A stretch of 64,000 nucleotides of DNA from assembly GCA_963664525.1 (NCBI GenBank), contig OY761535.1:3129242-3193241 (forward strand). Reading direction: 5' to 3'. Of the stretch, positions 38,376 through 48,407 are shown piece by piece. The translations under genes were made by a program, and so were the position numbers. The stretch comes from Arenicellales bacterium (lineage in GTDB: Bacteria; Pseudomonadota; Gammaproteobacteria; Arenicellales; JAJDZL01). A model generated the notes under the pieces. The model saw only the letters and a program-made list of their open reading frames with translations. It did no database searches and was not told the DNA's origin. Every line of letters starts with the position of its first letter. Within the stretch, counting starts at the first letter, position 1.

Positions 38376-39134
38376 ATGGTTTGCGCTGCACTTTGGCCGC
38401 TGTCCAGTAGCGCGCCACCCCTGCCTCCCGGAGAGGTGCACCTTTGGTCTGCCTCTTTGTTGTGTTCCAAACTGATGCTGAGCGAGTACGAACACTTGCT
38501 GGACGAGCGCGAAATGGCGAGAGCCAATCGATATGCGCTGGAGATTTCGCGAACCCGTTTTATTTGCGCTAGAGCTATTCTTAAAACGTTGCTCGCCATG
38601 TATACGGAACAGGACCTACAGAGCATTCGTTTTCGCTTGGGCTCACTGGGTAAACCCTATCTGCCGTCAGGGGACGGACCCGAGCTTAAATTCAACTCGA
38701 CAGATACCGCAGATGAAGCACTCATTGCCATTTGCCGCGATGCAGAAATTGGTGTCGATATTGAGTACAAATCGCGCCAGGTGAATCATGCCATTATCGC
38801 CAAACGAAAGTTTACGACTGAAGAATACAAGCAGTACCTTACTTGTTCTCAAAGACAAAGAAGAGAATTTTTCCTGTCAATGTGGACACGTAAGGAAGCT
38901 TACGGCAAGGCCATCGGCGTTGGGATAAAGTATCGATTAAACGAAATTAATCTGACCGATGACGACCGATCGCCTAGCGTCGCAGTTTGCGATACCGCCG
39001 GTGTGGAATGGGAAATCAATCAGATTGAACCGACTTCCGAACTAATAGCCTGTGTCGTTACCGAAGGCAAAGGATGGCGATTTCGATGCCAGCGACTTTT
39101 TCCTCATGGTGAAGTGCCCGTTATTTCGACCTAA
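38376..39134 (+). CDS. 4'-phosphopantetheinyl transferase (Sfp/EntD-type)
   Basis: GKPYL, FNSTDTADEALIAI..IGVDIE and WTRKEAYGKAIGVG (W/F-x-x-KEA-x-x-K) motifs. Confidence 0.8.
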   Translation: MVCAALWPLSSSAPPLPPGEVHLWSASLLCSKLMLSEYEHLLDEREMARANRYALEISRTRFICARAILKTLLAMYTEQDLQSIRFRLGSLGKPYLPSGDGPELKFNSTDTADEALIAICRDAEIGVDIEYKSRQVNHAIIAKRKFTTEEYKQYLTCSQRQRREFFLSMWTRKEAYGKAIGVGIKYRLNEINLTDDDRSPSVAVCDTAGVEWEINQIEPTSELIACVVTEGKGWRFRCQRLFPHGEVPVIST

Positions 39135-39154
39135 ACTGCCCAGTGTTTTGATGG

Positions 39155-39619
39155 CTACTCATATGCCATCGCGTGAATATATTCCCATTCCTCTGGGTTA
39201 ACTGGCGTAACAGAAAGTCTGTTACCGCGTTGTAGAACTCGCATGCCAGATAGTGCAGGTTCTGCTCGTAACTGGGCCAGCGATACGATTTTCGGAAACT
39301 TGCTTTTGAGTTTCACATCGACCATGAGCCAGCGCGGATTGTCTGGATCACTTTTCGGGTCATAGTAGTGCTCAGTCGGATCAAACGCGGTCGGGTCGAT
39401 ATATGCGCCGCGTACGATGGACATCGTTCCTACAATCCCGGGCACTTTGCACCGGGAGTGATAGAAAAATGCCTGATCACCAACTTTGAAATCGTCACGA
39501 AAAAAATTTCGCACCTGGTAATTTCGAATGCCATCCCAGTAATCTGTCTGATCGGGCTCTGCGGCCAAATCATCGATCGAGTAGACATCCGGTTCACTTT
39601 TCATTAGCCAATACATCAT
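39155..39619 (-). CDS. EVE (PUA-like) domain protein
   Basis: 154 aa: YWLMKSEPDVYSIDDL......WDGIRNYQVRNF...GDQAFFYHS is the canonical stand-alone EVE domain. Confidence 0.85.
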   Translation of the reverse strand: MMYWLMKSEPDVYSIDDLAAEPDQTDYWDGIRNYQVRNFFRDDFKVGDQAFFYHSRCKVPGIVGTMSIVRGAYIDPTAFDPTEHYYDPKSDPDNPRWLMVDVKLKSKFPKIVSLAQLRAEPALSGMRVLQRGNRLSVTPVNPEEWEYIHAMAYE

Positions 39620-39628
39620 TGCTCATAC

Positions 39629-40225
39629 TTAATGGGTGAAGTTGTAAATATTTTTTTCTGTGATTGCGCCGCGCAAAGGAATGTCCCAGGCATTGCGGCC
39701 TATCGCCTCAACATGTTGAAATTCATGTGCGAGTCCAATAACGTATGGTCGTTGCCAGTTACGGCCGTGACGCAATTGTCCGAGTGAACGGTCATAATAG
39801 CCGCCCCCCATGCCAATACGATTGCCCTGACTATCAAATGCCACCAACGGTGCGAGAATAAGGTCAAGTTGATTGGCGAAAACCCAGCCGTGTTTCGCGA
39901 ATTTAGGCTCCAGGATTCCAAATCGATTCAAGGTCATATCATCCAAAGACGGCGTTCGTCCGAATAGCAGGCGATTTTCTCCTCCTCGGTACAACACCGG
40001 CAGATAACAGCATTTGTGACGTCGAAGCGCCTGAACAAGGACCTGCGTTGGATCGATCTCGCCGTCGTTTGGCAGGTAAAGTGCAATGGTGCGGCATTTG
40101 AGGTAAAGCGGGTGTTTCTGTACTTGGCTCAAAAGACCGCGCGCTGCCTCGCGCTGTTGATTGGATGTCAAGGCTCGGCGCGCTGCTCGCATGTTCTTGC
40201 GAAGTGTGGTTTGGTATGATGACAT
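39629..40225 (-). CDS. ygfA: 5-formyltetrahydrofolate cyclo-ligase
   Basis: LYLPNDGEIDP and LILAPLVAFDSQGNRIGMGGGYYDR motifs, in position downstream of zapA/6S RNA as in enterobacteria. Confidence 0.9.
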   Translation of the reverse strand: MSSYQTTLRKNMRAARRALTSNQQREAARGLLSQVQKHPLYLKCRTIALYLPNDGEIDPTQVLVQALRRHKCCYLPVLYRGGENRLLFGRTPSLDDMTLNRFGILEPKFAKHGWVFANQLDLILAPLVAFDSQGNRIGMGGGYYDRSLGQLRHGRNWQRPYVIGLAHEFQHVEAIGRNAWDIPLRGAITEKNIYNFTH

Positions 40226-40235
40226 CGCACATGCG

Positions 40236-40431
40236 CCAGATATTCAGATGCCGCCCGCACGTGCCGTACCAGCCCCCATAGCCTTGAACCGCCATGTTCA
40301 AGTGGGCAACTGGTGAGACAGCTTCAGGTGCTTTGCAACACGGCAAGCTCACAACAGCTGGCTCAGTTTGTTCCCTGGTAAAGTCTTTAGGTTCGAAGGA
40401 AATTAGACCGGTTCAAACACTACAGGCGGCG
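40236..40431 (-). ncRNA. ssrS: 6S RNA (ssrS); ends approximate
   Basis: The gap between zapA and the cyclo-ligase gene has no plausible ORF. On the minus strand it reads ..CACUUGAACAUGGCGGUUCAAGGCUAUGG..GCGGGCGGCAUCUGAAUAUCUGGCG. This matches the E. coli 6S 3' half (..CCUUGAACCAAGGGUUCAAGGGUUACAGCCUGCGGCGGCAUCUCGG..). A 5' CGCC / 3' GGCG closing stem is possible. Synteny with zapA-ssrS-ygfA supports the call. Confidence 0.65.
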
Positions 40432-40454
40432 TTCAAACGGTGAAAATTATAAAT

Positions 40455-40754
40455 TTATTCTGCAAGAACAGAATCGATTTTGTCAACCAAATGGGTGATT
40501 TTGGGACTGAAGTCTTCACCGGAAACACTGGAGTTCCCGCGTTGCAATTCTGCAGCGAAATTAAGCGCCGCCAAAACTGCACAGCTTTCAAGAGATATAC
40601 GAGATGAACCTGTGTCATCTTGCAGGCTGGCAATTTCTGAATTGAGCATTTCGGCTGCCGCCCGCAAGTTATCCTGTTCTTCAGGATCACAACCAATATG
40701 GAAGTCTCGACCGCCGATTTGGACAGTCATTGTTGAAGCAGAAACGTCGCTCAC
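40455..40754 (-). CDS. zapA: Cell division protein ZapA
   Basis: 99 aa: TVQIGGRDFHIGCDPEEQDNLRAAAEMLNSEI is the typical ZapA core. Confidence 0.88.
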   Translation of the reverse strand: MSDVSASTMTVQIGGRDFHIGCDPEEQDNLRAAAEMLNSEIASLQDDTGSSRISLESCAVLAALNFAAELQRGNSSVSGEDFSPKITHLVDKIDSVLAE

Positions 40755-40771
40755 GATTATTTACTTACCAT

Positions 40772-40990
40772 TCAGTTCAGTTTGCCGATTGCTTCGAGAT
40801 CGGCAATCGCTTGGCGCACCTGTTCAGAGGCTCCCGCATACACCGACAGCAACTGCGTGTGCTGCACTTCAGCATCGGCAATCGCTTGCTTGAGTTTTGC
40901 GTTTTCGTCCTTTAAAGTTTGACAGTATTCAACCAATTCGGAAATCCTTTTCTCAAGTAAATCGAGTGAATCTTGAGTTTTATTTGCCAT
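40772..40990 (-). CDS. Coiled-coil protein upstream of zapA (ZapB-like/TIGR02449-like)
   Basis: 72 aa, entirely heptad-like (LLEKRISELVEYCQTLKDENAKLKQAIADAE). It sits 17 nt upstream of zapA. Confidence 0.6.
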   Translation of the reverse strand: MANKTQDSLDLLEKRISELVEYCQTLKDENAKLKQAIADAEVQHTQLLSVYAGASEQVRQAIADLEAIGKLN

Positions 40991-41144
40991 CGAAGTTAGA
41001 AAATGATGTCAAGTCAGAATATCAGAATAAGCATTTACCAAGAATTTGTCAAATAGAATATATTTCACTTAGCTGGAAACTGCTTGTACACTGCGCGCAG
41101 TACAGTCCCTCAGTTGACTGGAAAACTTGTGATATCAGTGCATT

Positions 41145-41603
41145 ATGGTCATAAATGTTTACCATAAGCTACCGCCGATGATCGCGGGTATCACCTGTGC
41201 GAAATTCGTCGGATTTTTAATTGGATTCCTGGTCTTTTGCCAACTGATTTTTTTTGCCCCGGAGTTGGACCTTATAAAACGCGTGGCGTTGCTTTTTTGG
41301 TATCCGACGATTGCTGGCGTCGCGGCAGCTTCCAATTTAGCCGACGCGATAGATTTGAAGTGGATACCTTGGACTTGGTGGCAACGGACTGTATTGATGG
41401 GGGCTTGGCTCAATTTAATGATCGTGTTGTTGGCATCTGGCAGCGTTCAGGAGTTTTCTGTGATCGTACAATGGAGTCTCGGTCACTTGACCTCAAAATA
41501 CTGGTTTGTCGTCGATGGGGCTGTCATTGGACTGATCGCTGGATTCGTTTCAGCCAAAGCGCAAAAACGTGCTGAGCTGCGCCATAGTCAAGCCGCATGT
41601 TAA
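41145..41603 (+). CDS. Hypothetical integral membrane protein (about 4 TM)
   Basis: 152-aa ORF with four hydrophobic spans; no motif recognised. Confidence 0.45.
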   Translation: MVINVYHKLPPMIAGITCAKFVGFLIGFLVFCQLIFFAPELDLIKRVALLFWYPTIAGVAAASNLADAIDLKWIPWTWWQRTVLMGAWLNLMIVLLASGSVQEFSVIVQWSLGHLTSKYWFVVDGAVIGLIAGFVSAKAQKRAELRHSQAAC

Positions 41604-41969
41604 GACATTTCTCTCAAACGAGTATGAGTTGGATTAATCACTTGAATCATCGTTGTGCGATTGTAGAAAAACGATCAGCCTTATCGGTTCGAAGTTTTTG
41701 TAGCGCGGGCTACCTTGAAAGTCGTTGACGAAGTGAGGGAAGTTACCAGCAAATTTTCCAAGTGAATGCACTTGAAATTCAATATCGAATCCAAAATAGA
41801 TGAACCCCTTCATTTGGGCTCAATGGCAAATATGAGCCGCAAAACTTTGGCTGTAAGAGGCTTTACAAAGTATGATGAACAACTTCGGTATTATTGATCG
41901 ATTGAACGTCGCTTAATTTCACCATCCCCGAATATGGGCTTCGACCAACGATAAACGTCACGGGTTGAT

Positions 41970-42512
41970 ATGGAACTTCATTTCGTACAAATTGAACAAA
42001 TACTCGATCAATATGAGTTGGAAATTGACGCAGCTTATTTCCACGGAATGCTATCGGGTCTTGTTTGTGCAGGAATCGAAGACGACGATATTGATGACTG
42101 GTTGCCTGCTTTAATCCGCAATCGATTCATGGCGCAGGATGATTATCAGCAGTTTTCAGATACTGTACTGGGCACCTTTCAATCGATAAAATCAGAATTG
42201 AATCAGGATGGCTTTGGTTTTCAAATTCTGCTGCCTGACGATGAAACGTCGCTGAACCACCGCGTTGACATGATGGGATCTTGGTGTCGCGGCTACCTGG
42301 TGGCTCTAATTGACTATGCAGAGACTGTACTGGAGGCTTTGCCCGACGACTGTGCTGAATTTGTTAACGATGTTTCTGACATCGTTGAATTAGAGGTCGA
42401 AGACGACGAGCCGCAAGACATTCTCGACGAATCATTCATGATGCTGGAAGAGCATCTCAGGGTTGGCGTTCAATTGATTTATGAACACATGAACCCACTG
42501 CAGCCGAGCTGA
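41970..42512 (+). CDS. ygfB: UPF0149 family protein YgfB
   Basis: EIDAAYFHGMLSGLVCAG and SWCRGYLVAL motifs with an acidic C-terminus. It lies upstream of pepP as in E. coli. Confidence 0.82.
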   Translation: MELHFVQIEQILDQYELEIDAAYFHGMLSGLVCAGIEDDDIDDWLPALIRNRFMAQDDYQQFSDTVLGTFQSIKSELNQDGFGFQILLPDDETSLNHRVDMMGSWCRGYLVALIDYAETVLEALPDDCAEFVNDVSDIVELEVEDDEPQDILDESFMMLEEHLRVGVQLIYEHMNPLQPS

Positions 42513-42533
42513 TTAATCGAAAAGAGAATCACA

Positions 42534-43826
42534 ATGATGATGCACCGTGAACGTCGCGCCCAGGTATTGGACAACATTGCCGATGGTATTGCCATCATTC
42601 CAACCGCCCCACACCAGCGCCGAAATTCGGATGTTTTGTATCCTTTCCGTCCAGACAGCGACTTTTACTATCTGACACACTTTCCAGAGCCGGAAGCTGT
42701 TGCGGTTTTGGTGCCAGGCAGTGATTTTGGCGACTATCTGCTTTTTTGCAGAGAACGAGACCCTAAAATGGAAATATGGGATGGCCGCCGCGCTGGCATT
42801 ACAGGTGCGATCGACGAGTACTTCGCTGACGATGCCTTTCCGATTTCGAAACTCGATGAGATGGTACCAGAGCTGATGCAGAATCGAGAACGGGTGTTTT
42901 GTCCTCTAGGTCGCTACGCAGACTTCGATGAAAGGATGCTCAAATGGTTGAACAGCGCCCGTCGTCATATTCGATCAGGTCAGCGTGCCCCTGGAGAAAT
43001 TGTTGACATCAGTCAGATGATTCACGAAATGCGACTGGCCAAACAACCAGATGAAATCGAACTGATTTTGCAGGCTGCAAATATTTCTGCCACGGCACAC
43101 AGTAGAGCAATGCAGACTTGCAAGCCTGGGATGCATGAGTATGAGGTGCAAGCAGAAGTTGAATACCAATTCAAAAGGCACGGCTGTGAGCCCGCCTATC
43201 CCAGTATTGTAGCGTCGGGTGAAAATGCTTGCACCTTGCACTACATTGAAAATTCCGCTCAGTTAAACGACGGTGATTTGCTCCTCATCGATGCTGGTGC
43301 TGAGCTAGATGGCTATGCAAGCGATATTACCCGTACTTTCCCTGTCAATGGTCGTTTCAGTGACTGTCAGCGCGCTGTATACGAGGTGGTCCTTGAAGCA
43401 CAGTTACGCTCAATTGCGGCCGTCAAGCCTGGCGCACGCTACAACGACGTTGTCGATACAGCAATCGAGGCCATTACTGAAGGATTGATTGATCTTGGCC
43501 TATTGAATTGCGACAAAGACCAAGCCTTGGAAACGCAGGCCTACATGCCTTTTTATATGCACAAGATTGGACATTGGCTGGGTCTTGATGTACATGATGT
43601 TGGTACCTACAAGGATGCCGACGGGTGGCGGATACTCAAGCCCAATATGTACATGACGATCGAGCCTGGCATATATCTTGCACCCTCGGATCTGATCGAT
43701 GAAAAATGGCACGGCATCGGCATTCGAATCGAAGATGATGTTTTGATCACTGAAAACGCCTGTCAGGTGACCACTTCAGGTGTACCCAAAGAGGTTGATG
43801 AAATCGAGAAACTGATGTCTGGATAG
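42534..43826 (+). CDS. pepP: Xaa-Pro aminopeptidase (aminopeptidase P)
   Basis: M24B metal ligands in context: LLLIDAGAELDGYASDITRTF, HKIGHWLGLDVHD, MTIEPGIY and GIRIEDD. Confidence 0.93.
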   Translation: MMMHRERRAQVLDNIADGIAIIPTAPHQRRNSDVLYPFRPDSDFYYLTHFPEPEAVAVLVPGSDFGDYLLFCRERDPKMEIWDGRRAGITGAIDEYFADDAFPISKLDEMVPELMQNRERVFCPLGRYADFDERMLKWLNSARRHIRSGQRAPGEIVDISQMIHEMRLAKQPDEIELILQAANISATAHSRAMQTCKPGMHEYEVQAEVEYQFKRHGCEPAYPSIVASGENACTLHYIENSAQLNDGDLLLIDAGAELDGYASDITRTFPVNGRFSDCQRAVYEVVLEAQLRSIAAVKPGARYNDVVDTAIEAITEGLIDLGLLNCDKDQALETQAYMPFYMHKIGHWLGLDVHDVGTYKDADGWRILKPNMYMTIEPGIYLAPSDLIDEKWHGIGIRIEDDVLITENACQVTTSGVPKEVDEIEKLMSG

Positions 43827-43856
43827 ACCATTTTCTCAATTGGAATTTCCCGCCTA

Positions 43857-45098
43857 ATGAAAACCGAACCCTATGATCTGATAATCAGCGGTGGCGGAAT
43901 GGTTGGCGCAAGTCTTGCCTGCGCAATGGCCGCTTATCAATTTCGGGTTGCGTTGATCGAAGCCATCGACTATGGCAGTACCAAGCAGCCAAGTTTCGAC
44001 AACCGTGCGTTGGCACTGACTTATAGTTCCGGGCAGATCTTTCGCAACCTCGGTGTTTGGACAAATCTAAGCAACGCACAAGCGACACCGATTCGATATA
44101 TCGAAGTCAGTGACGAGGCAGCTGGTGGATGTGTAAGACTTCAATGCCAAGATGTCGGACAAGAAGCGTTAGGCTGGAATGTTGCAGCGCGTGCAATGGG
44201 CAATCAATTATTCAATAGACTCGACGCGTCCGAGAACATTTTTGTTTTCAGTCCCATGGTGCTGCAAAACATTAAGATTAATCGCGATGGCGTCAGGGCC
44301 GATGTTGCACGATCAGATGGGCAATTGGCAGCGCAGCTTTACGCGAAATTATTGATTGTCGCGGATGGTTCTAATTCTTCGCTGAGCGAACGATTTGATT
44401 TTCACCCCACCCGTATCCGCTATCGACAAAGTGCACTGGTTTGCCGGGTGGAAACCGAACGGGCAAATCGAGGGGGTGCATTTGAACACTTCACGCGTTC
44501 GGGCCCCTTGGCACTGCTTCCCTTTGGCGAGACCGGCTATTCGGTTGTTTGGACCCAAGAACCGGACGAACTGAAAAAAACCATGCAGCAATCGAGACAA
44601 GAATTCATACAACACCTACAGCAACGAATGGGACATTTTGCAGGACCATTTCAAATGCTTGTTGGAGAACGAAAGACCTATCCTTTGACGCTCGGTCACC
44701 TGAAGAAGTTCGTTCGTCCCCGGATTGTTGTCGTCGGTAATGCCTCACATACGGTACACCCGGTTGCGGGGCAAGGCTTTAATTTGGCATTGCGAGATGT
44801 CGCGGCGCTGGCACAGCTGCTCAAAGATCACCGAAAGCGAGGTTGGGATATTGGCAACTATGATGTTCTGGTCAAATATGAGCGCTGGAGAATTCGAGAA
44901 AGCAATTCCGTCACGGGATTCACCGATTCGATGATCCGAATATTTGCCAATGATAGACCAGGCTTGACACATGCCCGCAGTTGGGGGCTCGATCTGCTAC
45001 GGACACTGCCACCTGTGAAACGCAGAATCTTGCAGCGTACGATGGGTCTTTATGGTAAACAACCGCAACTCGCAACCGATGATCCAGATACGAAATGA
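43857..45098 (+). CDS. ubiH: 2-octaprenyl-6-methoxyphenol hydroxylase (FAD monooxygenase, UbiH)
   Basis: FAD fingerprint DLIISGGGMVGAS, ADGSNS and GNASHTVHPVAGQGFNL. In the pepP-ubiH-ubiI order. Confidence 0.88.
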   Translation: MKTEPYDLIISGGGMVGASLACAMAAYQFRVALIEAIDYGSTKQPSFDNRALALTYSSGQIFRNLGVWTNLSNAQATPIRYIEVSDEAAGGCVRLQCQDVGQEALGWNVAARAMGNQLFNRLDASENIFVFSPMVLQNIKINRDGVRADVARSDGQLAAQLYAKLLIVADGSNSSLSERFDFHPTRIRYRQSALVCRVETERANRGGAFEHFTRSGPLALLPFGETGYSVVWTQEPDELKKTMQQSRQEFIQHLQQRMGHFAGPFQMLVGERKTYPLTLGHLKKFVRPRIVVVGNASHTVHPVAGQGFNLALRDVAALAQLLKDHRKRGWDIGNYDVLVKYERWRIRESNSVTGFTDSMIRIFANDRPGLTHARSWGLDLLRTLPPVKRRILQRTMGLYGKQPQLATDDPDTK

Positions 45099-46315
45099 GT
45101 CGTGTGATGCAGATTGACTTCGACATCGTGATCGTAGGGGCAGGAGGCGTTGGTCTGGCCATTGCCGCAGCGATGAAGTCTTCCAATTACCGGATTTTAA
45201 TTTTAGAATCCAAGGAAGTGCCAACATTTGACCCGACACATTATGACTTGCGAGTCAACACACTGAATCTTGCCTCTGAAACCTTTCTCAATGCCATCGG
45301 CGCTTGGTCCAAGATGAAAGAAATGCGAGTCAGTTCCTTTAACTGTATCAAGGTTTGGGATTCAGCAGGTGGACGAATCCAGTTTCAGGCCGACGAGATT
45401 GGCGAAACACATCTGGGCCATGTGGTCGAGTCAAGCGTATTGACATCATCGCTTCTCAAAACGATCGAAAGTCCAGGCGGTATTACCTTAATGCCCAACG
45501 TGCAGCTTAAATCCATACGACAGGGCGAAACCGCATCGCATTTGTTTCTTACTAATGATGAGCAGATCAGCTGTCGTCTAGTGATCGGCGCAGATGGCGG
45601 AAACTCAACGGTGCGCCAAACAGCTGGAATCAAGTGTACGGAATCAAAATATGACCAGATTGCGCTGGTGGCGCAAATTGAAAGTTCTGAACCGCGAGAT
45701 CAAACTGCCTTGCAGGCATTCTTGCCAACTGGACCTTTGGCTTTTTTGCCGCTGGCAGATGGCAGTTTCTCGATTGTCTGGAGTGTGGAAAAATCTTACG
45801 GTGAGCGATTGCTGAGTCTGTCAGAAAAAGAATTCGAGCAATGCTTGGCCGAATCAATCGATTATCAATTGGGTAACACACGTTTGCTGAGCCGCATGGT
45901 TTCATTTCATTTGCGTAAACTTGAAGCTGCATCGTATCTGTCCGGACGTACGGTGCTGGCAGGTGATGCGGCCCACATCATCCATCCCCTCGCGGGAATG
46001 GGCGTCAATCTTGGCCTGATGGATGCAGCGGTGCTTAAAGAGGTGCTGACAACAGATCTGGCTGATCCGACATGCGATTCAATGTTATACGCGAATTTGC
46101 GAAAGTATGAGCGATGGCGAAAATCAACCAACGTCCCCACTGCATTGGTCATGGATGGATTTGACTGGGGGTTTCGACATCCGTCGCCGCTGGTTCAGGG
46201 AATGCTGGGGATGGGCTTGACGCTGACCAACCGATTGAATATTGCAAAACATGAGATCATGCGTCTGGCCTGTGGTTTAGCCGGTGACTTACCAGAAATA
46301 GCCAGACGCCGGTAA
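45095..46315 (+). CDS. ubiI: UbiH/UbiF/VisC-family ubiquinone biosynthesis hydroxylase (UbiI-like)
   Basis: IVIVGAGGVGLA, GADGGNS and GDAAHIIHPLAGMGVNLG. It overlaps the ubiH stop by 4 nt. Confidence 0.82.
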   Translation: MSRVMQIDFDIVIVGAGGVGLAIAAAMKSSNYRILILESKEVPTFDPTHYDLRVNTLNLASETFLNAIGAWSKMKEMRVSSFNCIKVWDSAGGRIQFQADEIGETHLGHVVESSVLTSSLLKTIESPGGITLMPNVQLKSIRQGETASHLFLTNDEQISCRLVIGADGGNSTVRQTAGIKCTESKYDQIALVAQIESSEPRDQTALQAFLPTGPLAFLPLADGSFSIVWSVEKSYGERLLSLSEKEFEQCLAESIDYQLGNTRLLSRMVSFHLRKLEAASYLSGRTVLAGDAAHIIHPLAGMGVNLGLMDAAVLKEVLTTDLADPTCDSMLYANLRKYERWRKSTNVPTALVMDGFDWGFRHPSPLVQGMLGMGLTLTNRLNIAKHEIMRLACGLAGDLPEIARRR

Positions 46316-46345
46316 TTTCGAATTGATATTTCTTTCGGCGATTGA

Positions 46346-46873
46346 CTAGATCTCATCTTCTCGAAAAGAAACCAAACTGTGAAGCGGTATGGGCGAGATC
46401 TGTTGACGACCGTCCAAATCTGTCAGCTCGACAACGACAGCGCAACCGACAACGGACCCTCCGAGTTGATGGATGACCTTGGCAGTGGCCAGGATCGATC
46501 CGCCGGTCGCGATCAGGTCGTCAATAATGACGACCTGAGACCCGGGTTCAAAGGCATCGGTGTGTATTTCGAGCCGACTGGTGCCATACTCCAACTCGTA
46601 ATTTGCGCCGATGGTTTGCCCTGGAAGTTTGCCCTGCTTTCGCACCAAAAATAATGGGACATGAAGCTGGTACGCAAGTGCGGAGGCAAACAAAAACCCA
46701 CGTGAGTCAATGGCGACCAAACCATGAAGCTCGGTATATTGATAGTGCTGGTACAGTAAATCGATGCTGTAGCGAAACGCTTCCGGGTAACGTAGCAAGG
46801 AAGTGATATCGCGAAATCGGACCCCAGGTTTTGGATAGTCAACTATCGTTCTGATACTGGATTTGAGGTCCAT
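46346..46873 (-). CDS. apt: Adenine phosphoribosyltransferase
   Basis: PKPGVRFRDITSLL and PRPP motif VVIIDDLIATGGS; 175 aa. Confidence 0.93.
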   Translation of the reverse strand: MDLKSSIRTIVDYPKPGVRFRDITSLLRYPEAFRYSIDLLYQHYQYTELHGLVAIDSRGFLFASALAYQLHVPLFLVRKQGKLPGQTIGANYELEYGTSRLEIHTDAFEPGSQVVIIDDLIATGGSILATAKVIHQLGGSVVGCAVVVELTDLDGRQQISPIPLHSLVSFREDEI

Positions 46874-46975
46874 AACACAAACGGCGAATCAATTCACTCG
46901 TATGGCTTGCAATGGGTTCGAATGAACGCAGCGAATCCTTGTCGTCACCTAGCCCTGCGGTACCAAAGTTTCCAG

Positions 46976-48322
46976 TTAGGTACCCAGCACGTCAATTGTC
47001 GCTGCACGCAAAATAGCGGCCAAACGATCGATTTCAGAATTTTCAATGACAATCGGTGGTGCGATGCAAAAAACATCACCTCGCACCCGGCTAAAAAGAC
47101 CGCGGTCAATCGCTGCATTTAAAATCCTGTCGCCAATTTTTTCAGCCGGGTCAAATGCCTGTTTGCTCGCTTTGTCTTTTACATATTCGACGCCATATAG
47201 CAGACCCAAACCTCGAATCTCACCGACGTGTGGATGGTCACCCAAGGCACTGACCAGGTTATCCCGTAATCGCTCACCTTTTTCAGTCGCTTGACCCGCA
47301 AAATCCTCTCGCTCAATCAGTTCGATCATTGCACAGGCAATCGCGCTGCCAATCGGATGGGCGCTGTAGGTATAGGCATGCATAAAGGGCTGTGTACTGG
47401 TTTCCATAGCGTCGGCTATTTCGTCACTGACACCAATACCGCCAAACGGAAAGTACCCGGAAGTGATCGCCTTTGCGAACTGCACAATGTCCGGTTGAAC
47501 ATCCCAGTGCTCCAGTGCAAACATTTTGCCCGTTCTGCCGAATCCGGTAATGACTTCATCGGCGACCAGCAAGACTTCGTACTGATCGCAGATTTCGCGG
47601 ATACGCGGGAAATAATCGTCTTGAGGCGGGATCACACCACCAGACCCTTGTACAGGTTCAGCGATGAACATGGCAACGGTATCTGGGCCTTCTTCAAGAA
47701 TCTTTTTTTCCAATTCGTTTGCCGCTGCGACACCTTGACTCACACTGGAGTCGTTTGACTCGTAACGGTAAGGATAAGGTGATGGAATATGTGAAAATCC
47801 AGGAATTCTCGGCTCAAACATCGGCCAGTAAACAGGCATCCCCGTCGCGCACATGGCGGCAAAGGTGACGCCGTGATAACCAAGCATTCGCGAAATAACT
47901 TTTGTTTTTTCCGGTTTGCCTTTCAGTTTCCAGTAATACCGGGACATCTTGATCGACGAATCGGTGGCCTCTCCGCCGCCTGATGTCAGGTAGAAACGAT
48001 TGATTTGTGGATACGAAATTCGTGCCAGATGACTCGCCAATTCGATGGCTTTTTTGTTGGAACTGCCGATATAGCCGGATGCATACGGCAGTTTCGCATA
48101 TTGTGCGGCAGCCGCATCGATCAAATCCTGCGCACTGTGTCCTGCAGTATTGTTCCACAGCCCGGCCAGACCATCGATAAACTCGTTGCCATCGGTATCA
48201 ACGAGTGTTGAACCGTAGCCTTCGGCCCAGATGCGGGCATTATCGTGAGCGCCACGTACGTGCAAAGGGTGAATCAGGTGGTTCTGATCCATTGCCAGTA
48301 ATTCTGCACTCATACTATTCAT
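46976..48322 (-). CDS. Class-III (omega) aminotransferase
   Basis: SGGGEATD, EPVQGSGGVIPP, LLVADEVITGFGRTGKMFA and the PLP lysine context FAKAITSGY. Confidence 0.88.
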   Translation of the reverse strand: MNSMSAELLAMDQNHLIHPLHVRGAHDNARIWAEGYGSTLVDTDGNEFIDGLAGLWNNTAGHSAQDLIDAAAAQYAKLPYASGYIGSSNKKAIELASHLARISYPQINRFYLTSGGGEATDSSIKMSRYYWKLKGKPEKTKVISRMLGYHGVTFAAMCATGMPVYWPMFEPRIPGFSHIPSPYPYRYESNDSSVSQGVAAANELEKKILEEGPDTVAMFIAEPVQGSGGVIPPQDDYFPRIREICDQYEVLLVADEVITGFGRTGKMFALEHWDVQPDIVQFAKAITSGYFPFGGIGVSDEIADAMETSTQPFMHAYTYSAHPIGSAIACAMIELIEREDFAGQATEKGERLRDNLVSALGDHPHVGEIRGLGLLYGVEYVKDKASKQAFDPAEKIGDRILNAAIDRGLFSRVRGDVFCIAPPIVIENSEIDRLAAILRAATIDVLGT

Positions 48323-48407
48323 TCCAATCTTCTCCTATGTAGTAAAAAGAATAAGGCACCACCGAAAGCAGTGGCGCCGATTTTTTTGTGAATCAAAACA
48401 GATTGAA

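Noticed and set aside
39939-40352. 137-aa minus-strand ORF spanning the ygfA start and the zapA-ygfA gap
   Set aside because: It overlaps the well-supported cyclo-ligase gene out of frame and covers the 6S RNA locus. It has no motif and no RBS.
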